A stretch of 45,957 nucleotides of DNA from Thermoplasmata archaeon (GTDB lineage: Archaea; Thermoplasmatota; Thermoplasmata; Thermoplasmatales; GCA-001856825). The stretch lies in contig JAKATW010000141.1 in NCBI GenBank assembly GCA_021827945.1, forward strand, positions 1-45,957, given 5' to 3'. Below the pieces are notes generated by a model. That model saw only the letters and a program-made list of their open reading frames with translations, searched no databases and was not told the origin of the DNA. Position 1 is the stretch's first letter; the number at the start of each line of letters is the position of its first letter. This document shows, piece by piece, positions 17,900 through 27,177 of this stretch. Position numbers and translations under genes: made by a program.

Positions 17900-20482
17900 G
17901 TGTCTGAAAGGGAAGAGGTTATCGGGTACCTAAAGAATAATCGTTATGAAAAGAAAATCTGCATCAATTGCGGAAAGACATTCTGGACACTGGATGCGGA
18001 GAGGAAGACGTGCGGTGAGGTGCCTTGCGATCCTTACTCTTTCATCGGCAATCCTCCTACATCCAGGAAGTATTCACTGGAGGAGATGAGGGAGGAGTTC
18101 CTCTCGTTCTTTGAAAAACTGGGGCACAAGAGAGTCAAGCGCTATCCAATAGTTGCAAGGTGGAGGGAAGACGTCTACCTTGTCAATGCGAGCATATATG
18201 ACTTTCAACCCCACGTCACATCTGGCAAGGTACCACCACCCGGAAACCCGCTTGTGGTTTCACAACCATGTATCAGGACTGTCGACCTTGACAATGTTGG
18301 GAAGACCGGAAGACATCTTTCTGTATTCGAGATGGGTGGTGCGAAATCGTTCAATTTTCCTGGAAAGGAAATCTATTGGAAGGATAAGGCAATAGAGCTG
18401 GCCGTAAAGTTCCTCCAGCATCTTGGCGTGAAGAAAGAGGAGGTAGTCTTCAAGGAAAAACCATGGGCCGGGGGTGGCAATGCGGGCTCATCCGTTGAGG
18501 TGATGGTCAGGGGACTCGAGGTTGCAACACTTGTATTCATGGACATGGTTGAGACTCCCGACGGGGATGTAGAGATAGACGGTATTAGATATAGGAAAAT
18601 GGACAACAGGATAGTGGATACCGGATACGGCATTGAGAGATTCACCTGGTTGTCGCAGGGTACCGATACGGTCTACGAGGCGCTATACCCTCAAATGGTA
18701 TCCGACCTGATGAACGAGATTGACCTTGGGAGGCCAGACTTCCTGAGAGAATTCATAAATGCATATGCGAGCGAGGACGGATCTGAGGTCAAGTTCCTTG
18801 CTTCGCTGGGCGCGGATGAAAGAACTAGTCTTGACAGGTTATCGAATATATACATCCTTGCTGACCATAGCAGGGCAATAACAATACTCTTGTACGATGG
18901 TCTTGTGCCATCGAACTCAAAGGCGGGCTACGTCCTCAGGATGCTGATAAGAAGGGCGTTGCTTGCAAGGAAGCGATTGGGGATGGGGTCCGATCTGTGG
19001 GACCTGGTAGATCAGCAGAAGGAGAGATTCAGCGATATTCTAGACGTGAGGCTGGAGAGCTCTGCAAGGGAGATCGTGAAGCTCGAGATTGAGAGATTTG
19101 ATGATCTGCTGGCGAAAGGAGACAGTACGATCAAAAAGTATGCGAAGGGAGGAGCCATCAAGGCAGAAGATGTTCTACTTCTCTTTGAATCGAATGGACT
19201 CCCTATCGAATACGTCAGGGAGAGATGCGAGGCACTGGGCATAAAATTCCCGGAGAAGCTCGAGAAGTCGAAAGGATTCTCCAACACCAGGAGAGAGCCA
19301 AAGGAAAAGGAACACTTCCTCAAGGGAAAATATCCGGAGACTGTAAGGTCTTACTACGAGAACGAAAGGATTTTGGAATTCAACAGTAAAGTCGTGGGGG
19401 TCGAGGGGAAATCGGTCGTCCTTGAAAACACGTATTTCTATCCCGAGGGTGGCGGACAGCCTTCGGACCGTGGAGTCATCTTGTCCTCTGGAAAGAAGGC
19501 CACAGTTGAGGATGTGAGGATTGTTGATGGAACCATAGTTCACTTAGTAGATGATGCGGAAGGAATCGCAGTTGGAGATACGGTGCACGGGTTTGTTTCT
19601 ACGGACAGGAGGAGAAGGCTGATGCAGAATCACACGGCGACCCATATAATTTTATCCTCGATAAGGGACATACTTGGGCCACACATCTGGCAGGCTGGAG
19701 CCCAGAAGGACGAAAGGGTCAGCAGGTTGGACGTGACTCACTACAGGGACATCAGTCCCGAGGAGATATCGAAGATTGAAGAGAGGGCAAATGAGATAGT
19801 GAGAATGAACCTTCCCCTTCACAAGGAGTTCGTAAACAGGAACGATGCAGAGGCCAACTTTGGCTTCACACTATTTCAGGGAGGGATACCGGACGGGAAC
19901 AAACTCAGGCTCGTCGAAATTCCTGGGGTGGACGCAGAGGGGTGCGGTGGAACGCATCTTGACTATACCGGGGAAGTTGGATACATCAAGGTAGTCAAGG
20001 TTGAGAGGATCCAGGACGGAATAATCAGATTCAACTTCGCAGCAGGCAAGTCGGCAGTAGAATACTCGAACTCACAGAGCAACCAACTTCTCGAGATACG
20101 AGAGAAAATGGGGGACGACCCAGCAAAGGCATTCGAAGCGGTCAATCACAACCTGGAGGAAACGAAGAAGGCGATAGAGTCGGGTTTCGAATATTCGAAT
20201 GTAAAGTTCGGAAATAGAGAACTAAAGATCATGGAAGTGAACGAATCTATTGCAGAATCTATATCGAGGAGTCTCTCTGGTTCGTCAGGAGTGGTTGTCT
20301 CCAAGGAGAGGATAAGGGTAGCTTCCTCGTCACCCGACATATCAGCACTGGAGATCATGCACATCCTTGAGAAGAAGGGGTTTGTCAGAGGAGGGGGAAA
20401 TAGTACTTATGCACAAGGAAAAGTTTTAAAGGAAAATATCGGTCTTAAGGATATCGAAGAGGCGATTTTCAATCACAGCTGA
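17900..20482 (+). CDS. alaS: Alanyl-tRNA synthetase (archaeal type)
   Basis: CxxCG..FWT, ASIYDFQP, QPCIR, GRHL, DTGYGIER, ADHSR, editing domain NHTATH and CGGTH, C-Ala GGG...AQG. Confidence 0.97.
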   Translation: MSEREEVIGYLKNNRYEKKICINCGKTFWTLDAERKTCGEVPCDPYSFIGNPPTSRKYSLEEMREEFLSFFEKLGHKRVKRYPIVARWREDVYLVNASIYDFQPHVTSGKVPPPGNPLVVSQPCIRTVDLDNVGKTGRHLSVFEMGGAKSFNFPGKEIYWKDKAIELAVKFLQHLGVKKEEVVFKEKPWAGGGNAGSSVEVMVRGLEVATLVFMDMVETPDGDVEIDGIRYRKMDNRIVDTGYGIERFTWLSQGTDTVYEALYPQMVSDLMNEIDLGRPDFLREFINAYASEDGSEVKFLASLGADERTSLDRLSNIYILADHSRAITILLYDGLVPSNSKAGYVLRMLIRRALLARKRLGMGSDLWDLVDQQKERFSDILDVRLESSAREIVKLEIERFDDLLAKGDSTIKKYAKGGAIKAEDVLLLFESNGLPIEYVRERCEALGIKFPEKLEKSKGFSNTRREPKEKEHFLKGKYPETVRSYYENERILEFNSKVVGVEGKSVVLENTYFYPEGGGQPSDRGVILSSGKKATVEDVRIVDGTIVHLVDDAEGIAVGDTVHGFVSTDRRRRLMQNHTATHIILSSIRDILGPHIWQAGAQKDERVSRLDVTHYRDISPEEISKIEERANEIVRMNLPLHKEFVNRNDAEANFGFTLFQGGIPDGNKLRLVEIPGVDAEGCGGTHLDYTGEVGYIKVVKVERIQDGIIRFNFAAGKSAVEYSNSQSNQLLEIREKMGDDPAKAFEAVNHNLEETKKAIESGFEYSNVKFGNRELKIMEVNESIAESISRSLSGSSGVVVSKERIRVASSSPDISALEIMHILEKKGFVRGGGNSTYAQGKVLKENIGLKDIEEAIFNHS

Positions 20483-22202
20483 TGAGCTTGTAACGATCCG
20501 CTCTGCGGTAAGGAAGTATTTTGCCGTTACAGGCGAAGTCAAAGTCCAGGATGGAGTATACGAATTCCGCACACTGGTAGATCCAAATCTTGAGGGAGAC
20601 TTCAAGGAGCTTGTGGTAGACCTGAAGGCTATAGGCTACATCCCTGTGATAGGAAAAGGAAAGGAACCAGGCTCTGACTACGTAATCTCGGTAATAAAGA
20701 GGAGGGCTTCCCATCCCTTCGGAATATGGATAAATATCGTACTTCTGGTGGCCACAATCGCTTCAACAACCTACGTGGGAGAAATACTATATGCGGGTTA
20801 TTTCGGCACTAAATTCTCATGGTTCCTCTATTTTGACGGGTTCCTATATTTCTCGCTTCCACTCCTCATTATACTTGCATCGCATGAATTTGGCCATTAT
20901 TTTGTAGCCAGAAGGAACAGGGTCGCCGCATCTCTTCCTTTCTTTATCCCCGTTCCAATACCGCCTCTTGGCACAATGGGTGCATTCATTTCTCTCAGGG
21001 ACCCACTTCCTGACAGGAAGACGCTCATCAAGATAGGCGCCGCAGGTCCGCTTGTTGGGTTCGTTATGAGCATTGTGATCGGTGTGATAGGGGCTTACCT
21101 CGGGACAATTCAGAAACCTGTAGTGGTCACAAGCTCTCAGGTGACCACCCTGATTTCACTACCCCTGATATACAACATATTTCCAATGATCCAGATCCAC
21201 AACGTTCATCCAGTTGCATTTGCGGCATGGGTCGGATTCCTGGTGACTGCGATCAACCTGTTCCCAATTGGTCAGCTCGATGGAGGGCACGTCGCCAGGG
21301 GACTACTTGGCAAGAATGCAAAGTACTTCAGTTATGCATTCATTATAATCCTCGTAATTCTCGGGATATACTATGTTTCTTGGATATTGTTCGCCATAAT
21401 CATAGTAATCCTCGGACTCACGCACCCTCCCCCGCTGAACGATATCTCAAAGCCCGGAAAGAAGGAGATAATGGTAGGCATTGTTGCGATTGCACTGGTA
21501 GCGATATGTTTTTCCCCAGTTCCTTTTGCCGAGCACGTTTCTCCAAACCTCGCAACCTCCGAACTGACCGGAGGCAACTACTTTTCCATCTACGGTAATC
21601 CCGTATTCAACAACGACAGCATGGTCCTTACGGTCAATAACCTGAACAATTACACAATACCTTTGGGCGTGACCATCAAGACACCGTCAGGTCTGTCGGC
21701 GACTCCATCGTTCAACGAGACGATGTCGCCTCTTGAAAAGGAGAGTTACAATGTCACGGTCTGGCCATCGAATAATTCCTCCCTTGGATTCTACAGCTTC
21801 TCTATCATTGTTTCTGCCTCAACCTTGAAGAAGACTTTTGACAAGAATGTGACAGTGGTTTCGCTCGATCCCAATATAACGGTGAACAATCGGAATCCCT
21901 ACTACACGGACAAGACATCAATGAATCTAACGATAAGTAACAATGGGGCTCTCGCACTCCTAGACGTTCACAAATTCAATAGTTCCTCTGATTTCTATAT
22001 CAACGCAACCGCCGGGATAGGTACTTCTGGAAATGGGACATATCTTGAGATATCTCCCAACAGGGAAATCACCATTTCCGTGGTCTTTTTCAACCTGACA
22101 CAGGCGGCAGGTGTGGTTCTAGTAAACCAGAACAACCCCTGGCAGGCCGTGATCATATTCTACATCCCGTCCAATTCCCCTCAGTATAAACTGCTGTACT
22201 AG
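20472..22202 (+). CDS. Site-2 protease family (M50) membrane metalloprotease with a C-terminal extracellular domain
   Basis: HEFGH, GTMGAFI, AAGPLVG, NLFPIGQLDGGH, HPPPLND. The frame is open from 20430 but the first canonical start is GTG 20613, so the true start is uncertain (see findings). Confidence 0.9.
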   Translation: MTADELVTIRSAVRKYFAVTGEVKVQDGVYEFRTLVDPNLEGDFKELVVDLKAIGYIPVIGKGKEPGSDYVISVIKRRASHPFGIWINIVLLVATIASTTYVGEILYAGYFGTKFSWFLYFDGFLYFSLPLLIILASHEFGHYFVARRNRVAASLPFFIPVPIPPLGTMGAFISLRDPLPDRKTLIKIGAAGPLVGFVMSIVIGVIGAYLGTIQKPVVVTSSQVTTLISLPLIYNIFPMIQIHNVHPVAFAAWVGFLVTAINLFPIGQLDGGHVARGLLGKNAKYFSYAFIIILVILGIYYVSWILFAIIIVILGLTHPPPLNDISKPGKKEIMVGIVAIALVAICFSPVPFAEHVSPNLATSELTGGNYFSIYGNPVFNNDSMVLTVNNLNNYTIPLGVTIKTPSGLSATPSFNETMSPLEKESYNVTVWPSNNSSLGFYSFSIIVSASTLKKTFDKNVTVVSLDPNITVNNRNPYYTDKTSMNLTISNNGALALLDVHKFNSSSDFYINATAGIGTSGNGTYLEISPNREITISVVFFNLTQAAGVVLVNQNNPWQAVIIFYIPSNSPQYKLLY

Positions 22203-22271
22203 CCTGGATTCATCACCAGACATATACAGATGGCTACCTACCATTTTAATAGGAAGTGATATTTCACCAAT

Positions 22272-23708
22272 ATGGTCGATTATGACGTGATAGTTGCAGG
22301 CGCGGGAGTGTCAGGTGCCACAGCTGCAGCTATGGCAGGAAAGTTGGGAAAGAGGGTCCTGCTTATTGACAGAAACACTGCTCAAGAACCTGGGAAGAAG
22401 ACTGTATGGGGCTGGGTCTGTGGCGATGCAGTCGCGAAATCTCACATTATTTATGTTCAAAAAAATCTTGGGAACACATTCAGCGACCAGGTTCTGGGAC
22501 TGAAAGTTGATGGTGTTATTGCGCTCTCTCCAGACCTGGGCTACAAGCTACCATTTGACGGTGAGGGTTATAGCCTAGAAAGACCGCTCTTTGGCAAGGC
22601 ACTATTCGATGAGGCGATCAAGAACGGTGCGGAATTCAAGGGAAAGTTCAGCATAGAAGGACCGATCATCGAAAACAACGTGGTCAAGGGAGTCTTCGGA
22701 AAGAACGAGAAGGGAGAGGAAGAAAAGATCAGGGGGAAAATCACAATCGATGCTCTCGGAATAGCGTCTTTGCTCAGAAGGAAACTTCCAGAGAACCAGT
22801 ACATCGACAAGGAGATAGATTACGAAGACCTTGAGCTGACTGGAAGGTTCATCTACAAGACAGAAGAGCCCTTTGATGATCACAAGTACTACGATAAGAG
22901 AAACGCACTTATACACCTGAATCAGCAGATGGCTCCCGGAGGATATGGCTGGGTGTTCCCCAAAACGGATGGAAGAGTGAACGTTGGTCTGGGAGTACAG
23001 CACAGGAGCCTGGAGATCAGGAATAAGAAATTCGGCGCAACGGACAATCTGAAGTCACTCATAGAGAAGTACATCAAATGGAATCCAATCTTCAAGAAGT
23101 ACCATCTGGACAATTCTAGTAAGAATGGAGAAGGATACTGGAGTGTCAGCGTCCGGAGACAGATGGAGGGAATGGTCTACCCTGGATACATCGGGGCAGG
23201 CGACTCGATGGCATCGGCGAACCCACTGAGTGCTGGTGGAATTGGGCCCGCTCTTATTGGCGGTATACTGGCAGGTAAGGCTGCATCCACTGCGGTAGAA
23301 TCATCTGACGTCAGCCTAGAAGGGCTATGGGATTACAACGTGGATTATGTCAAGCAATATGGCAAGAGCATGGCCGGAATGGAAGTCTTCAGGATATTCC
23401 TGCAGTCGATGAACAATCAGGACATAGATTACGGGATGAAGAGTTTCATTACGTACGAAGAGGCAGTGGAGATTACCTATGGCAGAATCCCGGAGCTATC
23501 ACTGACGTCTAAGGTTGCTAAGCTTGTCAGGGGGGTGGGAGCGCTAAGGACTTTCAAGGATCTGGTCTGGACGACACAGAAGATGAAGGAGCTCAACGGG
23601 ATATACGCAAATTACCCCAATTCTCCAAAGGAATTTCCTCAGTTCAAGAAGACGGTCGTATCAATGATTGATGGAGCGAAGGCCAGGATGCCTTCGGGTC
23701 CGGTCTGA
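22272..23708 (+). CDS. Geranylgeranyl-reductase-family FAD-dependent oxidoreductase
   Basis: GAGVSG, K...CGDA, PGGYGWVFP, NVGLG, GDS...NPLSAGGI; substrate not determinable from sequence. Confidence 0.85.
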   Translation: MVDYDVIVAGAGVSGATAAAMAGKLGKRVLLIDRNTAQEPGKKTVWGWVCGDAVAKSHIIYVQKNLGNTFSDQVLGLKVDGVIALSPDLGYKLPFDGEGYSLERPLFGKALFDEAIKNGAEFKGKFSIEGPIIENNVVKGVFGKNEKGEEEKIRGKITIDALGIASLLRRKLPENQYIDKEIDYEDLELTGRFIYKTEEPFDDHKYYDKRNALIHLNQQMAPGGYGWVFPKTDGRVNVGLGVQHRSLEIRNKKFGATDNLKSLIEKYIKWNPIFKKYHLDNSSKNGEGYWSVSVRRQMEGMVYPGYIGAGDSMASANPLSAGGIGPALIGGILAGKAASTAVESSDVSLEGLWDYNVDYVKQYGKSMAGMEVFRIFLQSMNNQDIDYGMKSFITYEEAVEITYGRIPELSLTSKVAKLVRGVGALRTFKDLVWTTQKMKELNGIYANYPNSPKEFPQFKKTVVSMIDGAKARMPSGPV

Positions 23709-23732
23709 TGAGGGTAGCGAAGTAGATTGCCA

Positions 23733-24197
23733 TCAGACAGAGTGTTTTAGGACTTTTCCCTCATTTACCTTGGACCTGCAGTATTCATACAGCGCATCAT
23801 AAAGCGGGAACTGAAGTCTCATGTTGTCGAAATCGTCATGCGATATGAGTTGGAATCCTGTTGCTGCGGCTTCAAGCCCTGCAGATTCCGGAGGGGTATC
23901 TGGTATCGATGCGTCCGCGCCCCTCACTATCCTTGCCAGTTCCAGTAGCGCACTATCATTCAAGTGGTATTTCTTAATCACAGAATCAAAGGACACGAAT
24001 TCAGAATTACCCTCCCTGTAGTGAAAGAGTTCCGCTCCAGGGACATCGAATGGGATCGCCCCAGTCTCCTCGGCTTCTTTCAAGACCCTGTCCTTAGGGA
24101 CGAAAATGAACTCCGCCTGGGGGTCCACAAATCTCTTGATCAGCCATGGGCACGCGATCCTATCCACTCTTGCCTTTTCTCTCGTGATCCATTTCAT
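23733..24197 (-). CDS. ChrB-domain (chromate-resistance-associated) protein
   Basis: KWITRE...DRIACPWLIKRFVDP.AEF, GAIPFD, SFD, IVRGAD, ESAGLEA, LYDALY. Confidence 0.85.
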   Translation of the reverse strand: MKWITREKARVDRIACPWLIKRFVDPQAEFIFVPKDRVLKEAEETGAIPFDVPGAELFHYREGNSEFVSFDSVIKKYHLNDSALLELARIVRGADASIPDTPPESAGLEAAATGFQLISHDDFDNMRLQFPLYDALYEYCRSKVNEGKVLKHSV

Positions 24198-24369
24198 CGA
24201 AAACTAATGAAAAAATCTTATTTAAGGAGTCCCTAGTTTTGGTGCAAGAAACTCTTATCTCGTTTGCAATTTAACATCATTCATCCCGTTCTGAGAGTGC
24301 TGCACCTATCTGAATTGATAGCTTCTTTGACTATGAAACAGCTATAAAGTCCACATACATCTCCCGCCA

Positions 24370-25845
24370 ATGAATTCCAGTTTACCTGCTGCCCGCAGGG
24401 TAAATGAAAATCTGGTTCTCTCAGTCATAGTCATAGGGACAATGATGGCTTCAATAGACTCTACTATAGTGCTATTGGCCTTCCCTGCAATCACATCTGC
24501 TCTCCACTCAACAATATCAACGGTGATCTGGGTCATCCTCATTTATATGATAGTGACTGCAGTTTTCTCCACACAGTTCGGAAAGATAGGGGACTTATAT
24601 GGGAGAGCCCGGATGTTCAATCTTGGTTTTGCAATCTTCACTGTTTCTTCTTTCCTTTGCGGGATCGCTCCTACGGACGTCACGCTGATAGCTTTCAGAG
24701 CCGTACAGGCCATAGGAGGTGCCCTCATCTCATCGAATAGCGGAGCGATTATCGCCGACACCTTTCCAAGGAACGATATCGGAAGAGCATATGGGTTCAC
24801 CTCCATGAGCTGGAACATCGGAGCGTTGCTCGGAATACTGCTCGGTGGATTCATAACCACTTTCATAGGGTATCGATATATATTCTTCATCAACGTTCCT
24901 ATAGGGATAATAGCGACCATACTGGGTCTGAGGTACATAATCGACCAGAAGAAATTGAAGGACGTTCTCGACATTCCCGGGATGGCCCTTCTGGGAATTG
25001 CCATAGCACTCATATCTTATTCTGGGATAGACTATGCATCGGCCGGTTTCACGACATTTAACTTGATCCTACTTTCTGCGGGCATACTGGCGTCTATAAT
25101 TTTCATCCTGGTAGAAAGAAAGGTCAGGGCTCCGACAATAAATTTCCTAATGTTCAAGAACAAGATATTCAAGAATTCGCTACTGGCTTCACTCTTCCAG
25201 GGGTTGGGCTACATGGGAGTAACCTTCATGATCATAATGTACTTGCAGGGCGTCAGGGGTTTCTCACCTTATTACGCATCTCTCATACTTCTTCCCGCAT
25301 ACCTGGTCAGTGGGATCCTTGCACCATTCATGGGAAGACTCTCGGACAGGAAAGGGTCTATGGTCATAGCCACTTCCGGAATACTGATAATGATTGTGGG
25401 AGTTCTCATCTATATATTACTGCTGGGCACTAACTCGTCGGTCTACGTCGTCCTGATGGGCGCAGTAATAATGGGCCTGGGAGGAGCATTCTTCTGGCCA
25501 TCGAACCTGAGTGCAATCATGGCAAACGTGTCCCCGGAACTGAGGGGCGCGGCATCTGGGACAGCAAGGCTGATTGGAAGCGTCGGAATCATTGGGAGTT
25601 TCATTATCGCATTCGTTGCGGCTTCATCAGCAGTACCTAGATATTTGGCATTCGCAATATTTGCGGGGACCTCAAATGTTATAGGTGGAATCGAAAAGGA
25701 GTTCGTCAGTGGCATTCATTATTCGCTCATAGTACTGGTCGTCATGCTTGCGATATCAGGCATTTTCTCTATAACGAGGGGTGTTGAAAACAGGCACGAA
25801 CACGGGTATGAGAAGAAAGGCGAATCGGCAGGTCCATCAAAGTGA
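24370..25845 (+). CDS. MFS transporter, 14-TM drug:H+ antiporter-like
   Basis: D.TIV..A.P, GKIGDLYGR, RAVQAIGGA, IFFINVPIG, GRLSDRKG. Confidence 0.92.
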   Translation: MNSSLPAARRVNENLVLSVIVIGTMMASIDSTIVLLAFPAITSALHSTISTVIWVILIYMIVTAVFSTQFGKIGDLYGRARMFNLGFAIFTVSSFLCGIAPTDVTLIAFRAVQAIGGALISSNSGAIIADTFPRNDIGRAYGFTSMSWNIGALLGILLGGFITTFIGYRYIFFINVPIGIIATILGLRYIIDQKKLKDVLDIPGMALLGIAIALISYSGIDYASAGFTTFNLILLSAGILASIIFILVERKVRAPTINFLMFKNKIFKNSLLASLFQGLGYMGVTFMIIMYLQGVRGFSPYYASLILLPAYLVSGILAPFMGRLSDRKGSMVIATSGILIMIVGVLIYILLLGTNSSVYVVLMGAVIMGLGGAFFWPSNLSAIMANVSPELRGAASGTARLIGSVGIIGSFIIAFVAASSAVPRYLAFAIFAGTSNVIGGIEKEFVSGIHYSLIVLVVMLAISGIFSITRGVENRHEHGYEKKGESAGPSK

Positions 25846-25913
25846 ATTCTTTTCTACTCCACTTCTCAGAGTCTACCAAATCTACAGCAATTCTTTGGGA
25901 ATTATGATATAAG

Positions 25914-26816
25914 CTAGTGAACCACTACGAACAGCAGGTAGGATAGGAGAGTTCCGGCTATCACTCCGGTGTTGAGGAATGGAAGCCCCGGTGCAGGCTT
26001 CTTGACTTTACCGAGGACGAGGTACAACATTCCCACTACACCCCCAACGAGGGGGAGTATCAGGAAGGGGTAGAAGTGGCCGATCTTTAGTCCGTAGATG
26101 GCAGATGCAACTACCATTATTCCCGGGAATGCAATATCACCGAAGCCGAGCGCCATTGCGGTGTGCCCCGGTATTCCGTCTTCCGTTATCTCTATCTTCC
26201 CTACTTGTTTTGAGAAATCAGTCGGGAAGACGAAGAGCATAGGAAGATCCCTATCAATTGCTATTTTGGCCAGCCCGATCATGTGCTTGGTCTTGTAGAC
26301 TGAAATGTAGTCGTATATGGCGAATGCGGCGAGAAAGACTGCTGCTGCCCATATACCAAGGATAAGGCCCAATACGAAGGCCATCCCAGAGGTGAGAAAG
26401 AATCCCGCAATGTTCACCACGTACCACTTGTTGTTGAAGATAAGGGCAAGGATCATGATCGCGGGTGCAGCAAATATGATGACATAGTATTCCGCAGCAT
26501 TTCGGGCTATCACAAATCCCAGATAGCTCCATGTGTAGAAAACCATCAACCCTATGACTGCCACAAAGAGCCACTTGAGAAAGTTCATTCTGTATTTCCT
26601 TGCAAGTACTATGAGCAGAACAGAGAATACTATTGCAGCTACGAGGTAGTAAACCACATAGCCGAACCCTGAAGTAGGACTGCTGGCCGATATAGATGGC
26701 TCAACCTGTAGCGCAATATCTGCAAGATATACTGCGAAAATCGAAGACAGTATAAAAAGTGCAAGACTAGTCAGCTGTGCTGCGGGGAACTCCTTAACTT
26801 CTGCCTTTTCACTCAT
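25914..26816 (-). CDS. Presenilin/signal-peptide-peptidase-like intramembrane aspartyl protease (A22)
   Basis: YD (AIYDYISVYKTKHM), LGFGD and PGLPFL motifs; multi-TM. Confidence 0.92.
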   Translation of the reverse strand: MSEKAEVKEFPAAQLTSLALFILSSIFAVYLADIALQVEPSISASSPTSGFGYVVYYLVAAIVFSVLLIVLARKYRMNFLKWLFVAVIGLMVFYTWSYLGFVIARNAAEYYVIIFAAPAIMILALIFNNKWYVVNIAGFFLTSGMAFVLGLILGIWAAAVFLAAFAIYDYISVYKTKHMIGLAKIAIDRDLPMLFVFPTDFSKQVGKIEITEDGIPGHTAMALGFGDIAFPGIMVVASAIYGLKIGHFYPFLILPLVGGVVGMLYLVLGKVKKPAPGLPFLNTGVIAGTLLSYLLFVVVH

Positions 26817-27160
26817 ACCTCTCCTCAGATTTATTGAGGACTGTTATCGAGTTCACGATAAATGCTTTCCTCTCAACATTCATGGAAGTCTGATGAAGTG
26901 ACACAGAACTGCCATATGACAAAAGATTATTTCCGTCACAGTCACTAGAACCAGCAATGGCATTTATCCTATATAATCGATCGTGTGATTATTATTCATT
27001 GTGAAATCCAGTTGGATGTGAGCTAGGTAGAGAATGACCAGAATCAAATCCTAACTTCAAAGAGCTCTACTAAATCCCCTTAATTCCATAGAGATTTCAG
27101 TTGATCGAATCATCGAGTTCCAGATGCATTATACTAGGTACTGATAAATTAATAATAAAT

Positions 27161-27177
27161 TAAAAAAGAAAAAAAAT
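27161..27177 (-). terminator. Oligo-T archaeal terminator after the solute-binding protein gene
   Basis: A-run on + (T-run on -) directly after the stop at 27178. Confidence 0.6.

Noticed and set aside
26817-27160. Possible C/D-box sRNA in the intergenic region (TGATGA and CTGA-like words)
   Set aside because: No properly spaced C, D', C', D set on one strand
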